A DNA stretch of 64,000 nt from Candidatus Sumerlaeaceae bacterium (lineage in GTDB: Bacteria; Sumerlaeota; Sumerlaeia; Sumerlaeales; Sumerlaeaceae): contig JBPCLP010000009.1 in assembly GCA_051003195.1 (NCBI GenBank), positions 96,001-160,000 on the forward strand, in the 5' to 3' direction. Below, in pieces: positions 1-9,208 of this stretch. A program made the translations under genes and the position numbers. Position 1 is the first letter of the stretch, and every line of letters begins with the position of its first letter. A model generated the notes under the pieces. That model was given only the letters and a program-made list of their open reading frames with translations. It was not told the origin of the DNA and searched no databases.

Positions 1-285
1 GCCCTGGCGGATCGATTCCCGCTCGACACTGCCCTCGCCGCACCCAAGGCTCAGACCGCGATCGCGTGGTGTCGGACAATAGCGATCCTTTACGAAGCTC
101 AGCCAGTGCCTGCCCGGGTCGCCGGTCATGTAATATCGTAGATGCGCCTGTGTAATCGGATGACTTTGCCACAGGGTGCGCATCCATTGCTGGCCGGTCA
201 GCTTCTCCTCGGCTTTCGCGCCCCAAAGCTCCTCTGCCGATGACGCCTGGGCATCGCTAAAGCGCTTCTTGCGCGACCAGAACAT
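1..285 (-). CDS. Class I SAM-dependent methyltransferase, N-terminal part (runs off window start)
   Basis: Manual translation from ATG at 285: MFWSRKKRF...RGLSLGCGEGSVERESIRQG, containing a glycine-rich SAM-binding motif I (LGCGEG); open to position 1. Confidence 0.7.
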   Translation of the reverse strand, partial: MFWSRKKRFSDAQASSAEELWGAKAEEKLTGQQWMRTLWQSHPITQAHLRYYMTGDPGRHWLSFVKDRYCPTPRDRGLSLGCGEGSVERESIRQG

Positions 286-300
286 CAGTTGAAGGTCAGG

Positions 301-609
301 CTAATCGGCAGAGCTGCGCACTTCATCAGCCCTTCGGCTGCCAACACTTCCGCGCCTGGCCATGCTCCAGATTGGAATAGCCGCCGCTGCAGCAAACACC
401 ATTCGTGGGAAGCGCCGAAGGAGCCACATCGCCACGATGAGAATGCCGACGACTTTCAGACACAGCACCAGCAGAAACCCGGCAAATACCCAGCTGCCCG
501 CCTGCGCGGCGGTTATGCGTGGCCTCTCCAAAGCTTCTGCCACGCATTCAATGGGTGGTGCCGCGGGCAGTGTTCGTGGTGCGACAGGCATCGCGTGATG
601 TTCACTCAT
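301..609 (-). CDS. Small hypothetical membrane protein
   Basis: 102 aa ORF with hydrophobic stretches (WVFAGFLLVLCLKVVGILIVAMWLL), co-oriented with the methyltransferase. Confidence 0.45.
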   Translation of the reverse strand: MSEHHAMPVAPRTLPAAPPIECVAEALERPRITAAQAGSWVFAGFLLVLCLKVVGILIVAMWLLRRFPRMVFAAAAAIPIWSMARRGSVGSRRADEVRSSAD

Positions 610-761
610 ATTTCTGTTGTTACCGCCCCGTGGTGCGAAAGTTCAAGCACCGAGTGACACCGGCACGATATGTTCTCCGCACTACTTTTCGCTTTGCATT
701 CCGAATCTGCCCCAGCGGAATCTCAGGCAGTTTCATCCATGTTCCTGTTGAGGATAACCGC

Positions 762-2135
762 TTGTACCCTGGATTGAAAACAGTAGCCTATGCAGCGCTG
801 GTGCTTTTGGCCAGTGTTTACTCCCAAGCCGCCATCGCGCAGCCACGTGTGGCCATTGTGTCGCCTGCGCCGGAGCAGATACTGCCTGGCCCCGATGTAA
901 CAGTGCATTTCCGCGTGCATGGCGCACATCTGCGGCCCGGCGGGTCGAACGTCCATTTCATGCTCGATAATGAGCCCTTCGAAGTTCAGTTCAATGCGGG
1001 TCACCCGCACGTGTTCAAAGACGTGGCGCCCGGCACACACACCATCCGTGCATTCGTCGCTAACACGATGCACGAGGCAATCCGCGGCTCGCTCGACATG
1101 GTGACTTTTAGCGTCGCTTACCCGGATACAGCAAATCGCCAGTGCCCCGGGGTGCCGACCCTCACCTATAATCTGCCGCAGGGCGAGTACCTGGGTCTCG
1201 ATGCCGGCGACGTGACCCTGGATTACCTGGTATCGAACGTAACGCTCGCACCGGGTGGAAACAAGGTCGTGTATTACGTGGATGGGCGCAGATTTTTCGT
1301 CGAAGACGGAATGCCGCGGCACCTCACCGGATTGCGACCGGGCTACCATGTGGTACGTGTCGAACTTCAGGATAAGTACGGGGACTTAATCGGCGGGCCG
1401 TTCAATTCGGTTGAGCGTACTATTCTCCTCTCTCCCGACAAAGATGTAAACAGTGCGGGTGTGCTCGACAGCAAATACCCCAGGGGACTTCCCCATGTCG
1501 CGTCAATCAAAGGCTCAATGACCATGGGGCGGCCATGGGTGTCTGTAGAGAAGCCACGGCCGATGACGCAGGCGCAGGTTCGACAGTCGCAACGGCTGAC
1601 GGTTCGGCGCTCGGACACGGATGCGGCGGCGGTACGGCGGAACGTGCAAACCGAGACCGAGATCACCGAGGCCCCCGAAGTGACGAATGAAGTCATCCAA
1701 TCAGAGACGAGAGTTATCCGTCGTGATGAATCTGAGGTTGTCGACCCGAACACTGATACAGTACGGAGGACAGACACAGCGCAGGAGACGCGGTTGACCA
1801 CATCCGGGCGCCGGCTGGACGACCGGCTGGATCGCGCCCGCGAGGCACCGGTAACTACGACGCTGCGGGCGGATTCCCCGACTACCGGGGGCCGCAGCAC
1901 GGTCCATCGTATACCTGTTGCAAGTACTGTCGCTGCGTCGACCGCAACCGTTTCCACGGCGCCAGCGGAATCTCCCATGCAGACACCTGCGGCGACACCG
2001 AGCCCGAGCCCCACCGCAGCGGCCACGCCGGTTTCTACGCCGGCACCCACGCCCACACCCGTTCCATCCACGCCGACACCCGCTCCATCTGCTGAAGCAA
2101 CCGTCACCACAAGTTCGGCTGACGGAGTTCCGTAA
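762..2135 (+). CDS. Secreted protein with two Ig-like beta domains and a Pro/Thr-rich tail
   Basis: GAGGA RBS before TTG 762 (ORF track starts at 519); signal peptide ending SQAAIAQP; two repeats (HFMLD...PGTHTIRA / YYVDG...PGYHVVRV); PTPTP tail. Confidence 0.7.
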   Translation: MYPGLKTVAYAALVLLASVYSQAAIAQPRVAIVSPAPEQILPGPDVTVHFRVHGAHLRPGGSNVHFMLDNEPFEVQFNAGHPHVFKDVAPGTHTIRAFVANTMHEAIRGSLDMVTFSVAYPDTANRQCPGVPTLTYNLPQGEYLGLDAGDVTLDYLVSNVTLAPGGNKVVYYVDGRRFFVEDGMPRHLTGLRPGYHVVRVELQDKYGDLIGGPFNSVERTILLSPDKDVNSAGVLDSKYPRGLPHVASIKGSMTMGRPWVSVEKPRPMTQAQVRQSQRLTVRRSDTDAAAVRRNVQTETEITEAPEVTNEVIQSETRVIRRDESEVVDPNTDTVRRTDTAQETRLTTSGRRLDDRLDRAREAPVTTTLRADSPTTGGRSTVHRIPVASTVAASTATVSTAPAESPMQTPAATPSPSPTAAATPVSTPAPTPTPVPSTPTPAPSAEATVTTSSADGVP

Positions 2136-2173
2136 TTTCGCACAGCAGTTCGGCAGCGCCCGCGTTTGTTCAT

Positions 2174-3079
2174 GTGGACCTCGATGATCTATGGGCCATC
2201 GCGGAATGTTACGGATTCACTGTCGACGAGGCCGAAGGTCACCACGTTACTACCGACGCACTTCCGCGGCTCCGGGAGTTATTTCAACGTCATAAAGTGC
2301 AATCGACTCTGTTCGTGGTGGGCCGAGACCTTGAACACCCGCCGTTCGTGCAGCAGCTCAAAGCGTGCCTCGATGAGGGGCACGAGGTGGCAAACCACTC
2401 GAATTCGCATCGTCTCGATTTCCGCAACCTGACATCCGACGAACTTAAAAACGAAATCGAGCAGTGCGACGGACTATTGCAGGAGAAGCTGCAGCGAAAA
2501 CCGCTGGGGTTTCGTGCGCCCGGATATGGCCACTCGGATTCGCTGCTCGAAGCGTTGAATGCGCGCGCATACCTCTACGATTCTTCGCTGATGCCGGGGC
2601 CCTACGGAGCGGTCTTTCGCTGGCTTGATGGGCGTCACCAAAAGCGCGTCCGGGGACAGTCCGGTTCAAAGACACAGTATTCGCTGTTGAAAGATGCCGC
2701 GAGGCCGCTTGCGCCGCACCGGCGTGGCGGTCAGAACCTCGTGGAAATTCCTGCAGCCACGTCGCCGCTGCTGCGTCTGCCGTTCCAGGCGGGCGTGTGC
2801 ATGCGCCTGGGCCGCCGCTACTTTGACGCGCAACTGAATGCTTTCGCCGGGCGATCGCGGCTACCCTTTGTATTCCTGCTGCACGCGGCGGACATTGCAG
2901 ATTTCTCGACTGTGAAGCATCCGTTCTTTCAGCAGGCGGGATACTTCTCAATGCCGGTGCAGTCGAAGATCGAGCTGTTGGATTATTTTTTAACACGGAT
3001 ACGCGAGGAGCGCGGGATTGTGACAACCGAGAGCTGGCTGCAATCGGGTGAGGCAGAGACGTTTATCCCCGGCTCATGA
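2174..3079 (+). CDS. Polysaccharide deacetylase (NodB/CE4-like)
   Basis: DLDD, TLFVVG, GHEVANHSNSH, GFRAPGY and YDSS motifs; true start may be upstream (see findings). Confidence 0.85.
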   Translation: MDLDDLWAIAECYGFTVDEAEGHHVTTDALPRLRELFQRHKVQSTLFVVGRDLEHPPFVQQLKACLDEGHEVANHSNSHRLDFRNLTSDELKNEIEQCDGLLQEKLQRKPLGFRAPGYGHSDSLLEALNARAYLYDSSLMPGPYGAVFRWLDGRHQKRVRGQSGSKTQYSLLKDAARPLAPHRRGGQNLVEIPAATSPLLRLPFQAGVCMRLGRRYFDAQLNAFAGRSRLPFVFLLHAADIADFSTVKHPFFQQAGYFSMPVQSKIELLDYFLTRIREERGIVTTESWLQSGEAETFIPGS

Positions 3080-3890
3080 ACTCACGTTCCCACTTCATCG
3101 CACGAGCGTAGTCGGGGTGCTGCTTTTCGCGCGTGCGGAATGCAGGTGTATGCACACAACGGCGGCCATTGTCCGCGCACGTTGGATCGAGCACCGCGTG
3201 AAGCATCTCGTGGAACACGACAAAGCGTACAAAAAATTCCGGCACGTTTGCATCGTCGAGTGCAGGGTGAATGCGGATGAGCCGTGTGCGCGAATCGTAG
3301 CTGCCGAAGACGATGTGACGGCGCCTGCATCCGCGCGGATTGCTGCCGCGGCTCCAGGTGACATAAACGCGCAACTCACCCCCGAAGAACTCCTCGTTTA
3401 CCTCGGCGGCAATTTTGTGAAGATCGTACGTGCGTCCGCGCGCCCGCAGCGAGAGCACCTTCGGGCTGATCCGGCGTGCGCGGATGTCTGCCGTACGTGC
3501 ATCCATATAGCAACGCAAAAGCCGCTGGCTGCGCTGAGTCGGTCGACGCAGATATTGCGCGAGTGCAGCAAGAATCTCGTCATCAGCATCCAGGAACATT
3601 TTGTGCACCGAGAAATGCGTGACCTCGCTTCCGCGTGGCCGGTTCGCGGAAAGCAGCGTGGATGTGTTGTCGTTGACGCGAAGGTCGATCGTGCCACCAA
3701 AGAGCTTTTCCAGGCGGCGGTGAAATGTCTTAACCGCCTGCGCCGAAATTCCTTTGGAAGGCGCCAGCCTGGACGACCTTGCTTGCGGTTGGGGGCGAGG
3801 CATGGGATGCTTACTTACCACGTCGTGCGACGGGCAATCATCGAAACCGAACTGTTGCTGGAAGAAGCGTACGAGGGCTGGCAATTTCAT
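3063..3890 (-). CDS. SprT/YgjP-like zinc metalloprotease domain protein
   Basis: GSY...IRIHPALD...FVVFHEMLH zincin motif followed by VHTPAFR. Confidence 0.8.
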   Translation of the reverse strand: MKLPALVRFFQQQFGFDDCPSHDVVSKHPMPRPQPQARSSRLAPSKGISAQAVKTFHRRLEKLFGGTIDLRVNDNTSTLLSANRPRGSEVTHFSVHKMFLDADDEILAALAQYLRRPTQRSQRLLRCYMDARTADIRARRISPKVLSLRARGRTYDLHKIAAEVNEEFFGGELRVYVTWSRGSNPRGCRRRHIVFGSYDSRTRLIRIHPALDDANVPEFFVRFVVFHEMLHAVLDPTCADNGRRCVHTPAFRTREKQHPDYARAMKWEREFMSRG

Positions 3891-3913
3891 GAGTCGGCGT
3901 AATTATAGAAAAC

Positions 3914-3949
3914 AAAAAAAGCCCCCGCCTTAGGCGGGGGCTGGTTTTT
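3914..3949 (-). terminator. Rho-independent terminator (possibly bidirectional)
   Basis: AGCCCCCGCC-TTA-GGCGGGGGCT stem with an A7 tract on the left and T5 on the right, downstream of the small lipoprotein genes. Confidence 0.8.
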
Positions 3950-3966
3950 CGCGATTAAGCGAGTTT

Positions 3967-4158
3967 TTACTTTTCCATTTGCCGCATGGGTGGCGGCGGT
4001 GGCGGCGGGCCGCCACAAGGACTCTGGCATGGCACAAAGCCACCACAAGGGTTTGTCAGGCACGCCTTGGCCGGGGCCGAGCGGGTGCGCAGGTTCGCGC
4101 AACCGGTCATCATGACAGCGGTAGCGGCAACAAGCAGAGCGATAGAAATCGCCTTCAT
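3967..4158 (-). CDS. Small Cys/Pro-rich lipoprotein
   Basis: AGGAGG RBS; lipoprotein signal MKAISIALLVAATAVMMTG-C; 4 further Cys. Confidence 0.75.
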   Translation of the reverse strand: MKAISIALLVAATAVMMTGCANLRTRSAPAKACLTNPCGGFVPCQSPCGGPPPPPPPMRQMEK

Positions 4159-4301
4159 ATTTTTTCCTCCTAACCTTAATTAAACTACTTTTGCAGTCAA
4201 ACAAGCACCGTCAGTCCTAAGGGCCGAAGGTGCAACCGCAACGGAAAAATGCACTCGATCCAGCAATAAATCGGGAGACATCGTTTCCATGGCGGGCTTT
4301 C

Positions 4302-4484
4302 TTACTTCTCTACGCTGCCTTCGCTGTACATACGCTTCACTGGGTGAGCGTATGGTGCGGGGGCACAGGCCGGAGCGCAATAGCTGGGGGCAGCTGGTGC
4401 ACAAGGGCGCGGACACGGACGGTAGCAGCAGGCCGACAAAGCGACCGCGGCAACGGTCGCGAGGACCACGTGCGACAGTTTCAT
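4302..4484 (-). CDS. Small Cys/Pro-rich lipoprotein
   Basis: AGGAGG RBS; lipobox LSA-C; CCYRPCPRPCAPAAPSYCAPAC. Confidence 0.75.
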   Translation of the reverse strand: MKLSHVVLATVAAVALSACCYRPCPRPCAPAAPSYCAPACAPAPYAHPVKRMYSEGSVEK

Positions 4485-4760
4485 ATATGAACCCTCCTAA
4501 GGCTCAAGTTAGTGCGGTTCACGAAGACAACTCTTGAACCGTAATGCGATTTTTGACGAGGCTGGGGAGCGCCTGTCAAGGCGAAGTTGTGCAAGTGTGG
4601 ACTGAAATCGCGAAAAAGTTCCCATACCCACGAAAATAGGTGCAATTTAATTCCTTAAAGACTGATTGGTGTTCGCTTAGCACCCCGTTTTCGGGATTTG
4701 CCCGACCTGATTGACATCCGGGCTTGCATGTGCGCAGGCGCCAGCGATTTCGTTTTCGTC

Positions 4761-5135
4761 ATGAAACATTCGCCCGGCTTCCTCCAGATTGCCCAGGATT
4801 CCAAAACACGTGTGACTGAAGAAAGCGCCGAGCAGGCGCTCGCACGTTTGAAAGCAAATTCGGCCGCCGTGCTGGTCGATGTACGTGAGGACGACGAATG
4901 GCGGGCTGGGCATATTGCGGGCGCGCGCCATCTGGGCAAAGGCGTCATTGAACGCGATATCGAGAAGACCGTCCCCGATAAAACCACCGAGTTGCACCTC
5001 TACTGTGGCGGTGGATACCGAAGCGCTCTCGCAGCTGACAATCTGCAGAAAATGGGCTACACCAACGTGATATCCATCGACGGCGGCTTTGGTGCACTGA
5101 CCGAGCTCGGAGCGAAAACGGTAATCACGGAATAG
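4761..5135 (+). CDS. Single-domain rhodanese/sulfurtransferase
   Basis: LVDVREDDEWRAGHIAGA and YCGGGYRS active-site loop; start MKHSPGF. Confidence 0.92.
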   Translation: MKHSPGFLQIAQDSKTRVTEESAEQALARLKANSAAVLVDVREDDEWRAGHIAGARHLGKGVIERDIEKTVPDKTTELHLYCGGGYRSALAADNLQKMGYTNVISIDGGFGALTELGAKTVITE

Positions 5136-5270
5136 CTTTACCCCAGGCTTGAGAAGACAGAGCGTTCCAGGCACAAACTTTACATCAGGCCTAAGTGCCG
5201 CAGAAACTAACGGATCCTGAAGATTGCTGTGCAATCTGCACCTCTTTTAAAATGAGTGCAGAACTTGCGA

Positions 5271-5300
5271 TTGACGTTGGGTTGGCGGCAGACTTATACT
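5271..5300 (+). promoter_or_regulatory. sigma70-type promoter for the protease gene
   Basis: TTGACG - 18 bp - TATACT, ending 40 bp upstream of ATG 5341. Confidence 0.6.
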
Positions 5301-5340
5301 AGGAAAGTCGTCTCAACAAATCAGTACCAGGAAAAAGCCA

Positions 5341-7290
5341 ATGTGCTTTCATCGATTCTTAGCTGTAACGATCTTAACCACGCTTGCGGGAATGGTGATC
5401 GCCGCCCCTCCGAGTGAGAAACTCAACAAAACTGCAGATGGCAAACCGGAGCTGGCGAAGTTGTCTCACAGCCTGCTGAAAGCGCGCCAGCACGCGAAAA
5501 GCGGAATGCCTGGGCTGGCCGCAATGCAGAAAGAAGCCAAGCACGCACAACGCGGCAACAAGACGCAATGCATTCTCGGCGTTAAATCAATCAACGACGA
5601 CTTGTTAATGGCAATCTCGGGACAGGGTCTTGAGATCGTTAACAAGGTGAGTTTTGACGGCAACCTGAACAACATCGTGGTCCGGGCCACCGATCCTCGC
5701 CAATTCGATGCGATTGCTTCGCGGGCAGATATCCTGGGGATTACCGAGGAGCCCGAGGCGCGCTGTCATTCCGTCGGATCGGCCGACAACCAGGCCGACC
5801 GCGCCATCAATTGTAATGACGCACGGTCAACATACAGCATCACCGGCAGCGGTACGCGCGTTGGGGTTATCAGCGACAGCTTCAGCGATACGCGTGGTGG
5901 AACGATTGTGGCCGGAATCCTCACAGGCAACACAGATCAGGTTTCCGGCGATTTACCGGCAAGCATCCGCATTATTGACGCAGGACCTGTCGCGGCAAAT
6001 TCGGATGAAGGCAACGCCATGGCGCAACTGGTGTACGACATTGCTCCGGGCTGCGATATTGCCTTTGCCTCCGCATTTAGCAGTTATGCCGCCTTCGCCA
6101 CAAACATCACCGCGCTGCGAACACATGCAACCAATCCGTCCCATGTCATCGTCGACGATGTGGCCTACTTTGCCGAACCAATGTACCAGGATGGACCTAT
6201 CGCACAGGCGGCGGATTTGTGCGGTATAAACAATGTGCCGTATTTCAGCTCCGCCGCGAACTACGGTTCCTCGGCGCATGAGGCTGTTTTTGCAGACTTC
6301 AATGTTACGGACGACACTGCGGGTTTGCCATCCGGCAATGACCTGCACGTTTTTGGGGGCGGTGATCGGTTTCTTACGCTAAACGTGAGCGCGGCCGGCG
6401 GCAGCGTGCTTGCCATCCTGCACTGGGACGAGCCCTATGCCGGTTCGCTGGGTGCTGGACTTGGAGCAGAAGCTGATCTTGATTTGCATCTCGTTAACAG
6501 CACCGCCTTGCCTGTGGCATCCGCGGTAGCCTCCAGCAACAGCTTCCAAGGCACATTGGGCTCGCCTTCCGGTGAGCCGTACGAGATCATCAGTGCTTCA
6601 GGCCTGGCTGCGGGTACCTACCACCTCATCATAGAGCACTATCAGGGTCGCGAACCGGTGAACATGAACCTGATTGTGAGCCCGGGTACCAATACATCGG
6701 TGACCGATACCGGTTTCCTCGGGGCACGTACCATCTATGGACATAACTCCGCCGCAAACGTAATTGCTGTTGGGGCGATCAACTACTTCGAGTGGGAGCC
6801 GAGCGCACGACTTCTAGGGGCAGCCGGGAATACACCGGGAACCTATCAGGATGCTGTCGGCACTATTGATGTCGAAAACTTCAGCTCACGTGGGGGCAAC
6901 CTGCCGTTCTGGTTCAGCTCCGATGGCCTGACACGGTTTGGCAGTGCGGTAACTCGCTTTAAACCCGAGATAACAGCGCCTGATGGGTGCGATACAACAT
7001 TCTTCGGCAGCGGTGACTTCGACGGCAGTGGGAAGCCTAACTTCTTTGGAACGTCGGCGGCGGCGCCAAACGCCGCTGCGGTGGCGGCGCTAGTACGGCA
7101 TCGCTTCACGCTGACGGGAAGATCTACGACCTCAACGAACATTTACAATACAATGAAGAACAACGTACTTGCTGCCAAGAGCGGCAAGAACGTGGAGTCG
7201 GCAGGTACCGATAACGACTCCGGATTGGGAGTGATTGACGCAGAGGCTGCAGCTCTTCCGGTTAGCCTCTCCGCCTACGAGCTGGAGTAA
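5341..7290 (+). CDS. Secreted subtilase-superfamily (S8/S53-like) serine protease with propeptide
   Basis: Signal peptide; VGVISDS, SDEGNAM (Glu in place of His), SSAAN, KPEITAPDG, FFGTSAAAP; ends LPVSLSAYELE. Confidence 0.9.
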   Translation: MCFHRFLAVTILTTLAGMVIAAPPSEKLNKTADGKPELAKLSHSLLKARQHAKSGMPGLAAMQKEAKHAQRGNKTQCILGVKSINDDLLMAISGQGLEIVNKVSFDGNLNNIVVRATDPRQFDAIASRADILGITEEPEARCHSVGSADNQADRAINCNDARSTYSITGSGTRVGVISDSFSDTRGGTIVAGILTGNTDQVSGDLPASIRIIDAGPVAANSDEGNAMAQLVYDIAPGCDIAFASAFSSYAAFATNITALRTHATNPSHVIVDDVAYFAEPMYQDGPIAQAADLCGINNVPYFSSAANYGSSAHEAVFADFNVTDDTAGLPSGNDLHVFGGGDRFLTLNVSAAGGSVLAILHWDEPYAGSLGAGLGAEADLDLHLVNSTALPVASAVASSNSFQGTLGSPSGEPYEIISASGLAAGTYHLIIEHYQGREPVNMNLIVSPGTNTSVTDTGFLGARTIYGHNSAANVIAVGAINYFEWEPSARLLGAAGNTPGTYQDAVGTIDVENFSSRGGNLPFWFSSDGLTRFGSAVTRFKPEITAPDGCDTTFFGSGDFDGSGKPNFFGTSAAAPNAAAVAALVRHRFTLTGRSTTSTNIYNTMKNNVLAAKSGKNVESAGTDNDSGLGVIDAEAAALPVSLSAYELE

Positions 7291-7396
7291 TACGGCCTGA
7301 TGCCTGATGGACTCGATGGTCGGCATGGTGTGCCGACCGCCGAGTTTTTGCAGGCGGTGGCGGCTGCGAAACCATTGTGACGAGGAGTCTGGCAGA

Positions 7397-7912
7397 ATGA
7401 CTCGGCGAGGGCGGACGGATGCGGTGTGGGTGCTGGCGTTTGCGTTGAATGCCAGCGCTGGGATTGTCGGGGCGCAGGATAGTCCCAAGGCGATGGCGCT
7501 GACAGGCGGTGATCCTTCACTGGTGAAAATGTCGTCGGCGCTGCTGGCGGCACGGCGTGAGGCAATATCGGGCACGCCGCCCATGGAGGCTTTCAGCCAT
7601 CATTCTGCCCGCCCGCTTGGCGACGCGAGGCCGCAGATTCTCATTGGCGTAACGCAGCTCTCTCCCGATTTTATGTCGGCGCTTGCGGCGGCGAAGGTGG
7701 ATGTCGTTACCACGTTCAGCGGTTATGGAGTGAACACCGTGAGCGTACGCGTTGGTGATCCCCGCCAGCTGGATTCCATTGCCCGCCGAGCGGATGTGCG
7801 CGGACTCGACTTCGAGCCTCAGGCGGTCACGCACGGCGGTGGGACCGCGCCAGCCGTTGGGCCACGCAAACAGCTTGGCCCAGCGGGTACCATCGCGCCG
7901 CGCCAGCCGTAA
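7397..7912 (+). CDS. Secreted stand-alone paralog of the upstream protease propeptide
   Basis: GAGGAG RBS; aligns by eye with the protease N-terminus (K[LM]SxxLLxAR...G.P...VRxxDPRQ[FL]DxIAxRAD[IV]xG...EP.A..H). Confidence 0.75.
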   Translation: MTRRGRTDAVWVLAFALNASAGIVGAQDSPKAMALTGGDPSLVKMSSALLAARREAISGTPPMEAFSHHSARPLGDARPQILIGVTQLSPDFMSALAAAKVDVVTTFSGYGVNTVSVRVGDPRQLDSIARRADVRGLDFEPQAVTHGGGTAPAVGPRKQLGPAGTIAPRQP

Positions 7913-7939
7913 TAGCTGTGGGTTAGTACCTTGAGTGCG

Positions 7940-9058
7940 CTAGATGCTTATGCGTCGGTCGCGGGCGGTCACTTTCCAGGTTTCGGTGGCGCTTCCGTCA
8001 CGGATGACAACGGCTTCGCTGTGCAGGGCGACGGTGGGGCAGATGTGCCACGGAATTCCATAGAACGCATCTCCGACGCGGAATTCGCCCGCTCGGGGGG
8101 TCTCCAGCACCATGTGTTCTTCGCTGTGGCCGACGAAACGCGCATCCGGCAAAGCGGGAAAATAGACCCGAGGGTGCGGATTCTCCGACGCGATGGCCTT
8201 GTGGCCCAAGTCTAGGCAAAGACGGTTGCTGGCGGGTTTGCTAACGACGCGTGTAAGCACGACCGCCGCGTGCAGAAAATCGAGATCCGGCAGCGTGCTT
8301 CCATAGCTGTGATCCCACAGCACGCACGTGCCGGGGCTGCACTCGACGTCATTGCGGGCGGCATGGATGGCGAATGTCGGGGTGCCGCCAGCGACAATCG
8401 TGGGGACATGGAGACCAGCCGCCTGCAAAGTTTCGCGGAGTTTTTGCACCGGCAGGAACGCTGCCTCGCATTCCGCAGTTCGTGCAGCGAGATCGGTGTG
8501 GTGAATGTGGCCGTCGTAGGCATGGAGCCCGGCGGCTTTCAGTGCAGGCGACTGTGCGAGCATGCGAACCAGTTGCAGCGCGTGCTCACCTGGCTCGACA
8601 CCGGAACGGTGCTGGCCACAGTCGAGGTCCAGCATCAGCTTGACGACGACGCCGACATCGGATGCGGCCGTGCTGATCGCCTTTATCGCGTTCTCATCAT
8701 CTGCAAGTCCGCAAAACCGCGTATCCGGAAAACGGCGCATCAGTTCCAGGAATCGCGCGATGTTCGGCCCTACCGGCTGATAGGCGTACAACACATCGGG
8801 CGCGCCGCACTGCGCCGCCATCTCGGCTTCAGCGATCGTCGCTGCCTTGAACCTGGTAATGCCGAGCGCGAGCTTCATGCGAATGATCTCTGGCATCTTG
8901 TGCGTTTTGATGTGCGGGCGCAGCCGGTCTGTTCCGCCGGTAATCGCGATCATACGGCGGAGGTTTTCTTCGATGCGATCCGGAAATACAATGAGCGCGG
9001 GGGATGGAATCTCCGACACGTTTCGGAGGACGTACCATGGTTGATCTTCATCCAGCAT
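7940..9058 (-). CDS. D-threonine aldolase-like fold-type III PLP enzyme
   Basis: LRPHIKTHK PLP-lysine motif, AYDGH, GGTP, DLGHKA, SEEH, PWHICPTV. Confidence 0.9.
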   Translation of the reverse strand: MLDEDQPWYVLRNVSEIPSPALIVFPDRIEENLRRMIAITGGTDRLRPHIKTHKMPEIIRMKLALGITRFKAATIAEAEMAAQCGAPDVLYAYQPVGPNIARFLELMRRFPDTRFCGLADDENAIKAISTAASDVGVVVKLMLDLDCGQHRSGVEPGEHALQLVRMLAQSPALKAAGLHAYDGHIHHTDLAARTAECEAAFLPVQKLRETLQAAGLHVPTIVAGGTPTFAIHAARNDVECSPGTCVLWDHSYGSTLPDLDFLHAAVVLTRVVSKPASNRLCLDLGHKAIASENPHPRVYFPALPDARFVGHSEEHMVLETPRAGEFRVGDAFYGIPWHICPTVALHSEAVVIRDGSATETWKVTARDRRISI

Positions 9059-9122
9059 GCAGTCAGACCTGCGGGTCTATTTCAGGGCTTTCAAGACAAC
9101 AGGCTGCCTGCGACCGACCCTT

Positions 9123-9165
9123 AAAAACCAAACTGGCGGCCGGAAGCTCCGGCCACCAGTTTTTT
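9123..9165. terminator. Rho-independent terminator hairpin
   Basis: AAACTGGCGGCCGGA-AGC-TCCGGCCACCAGTTT flanked by A and T tracts. Confidence 0.7.
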
Positions 9166-9208
9166 CTGAAACAAAGATGGACCAGTACGGCGATTGCCGC
9201 TGAGTAAA

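Noticed and set aside
3048..9124. Long antisense ORFs such as 3048..3902 and 8270..9124 (also 22934..23848, 34094..35128, 57121..58119)
   Set aside because: They overlap well-supported genes on the other strand, as expected in GC-rich DNA
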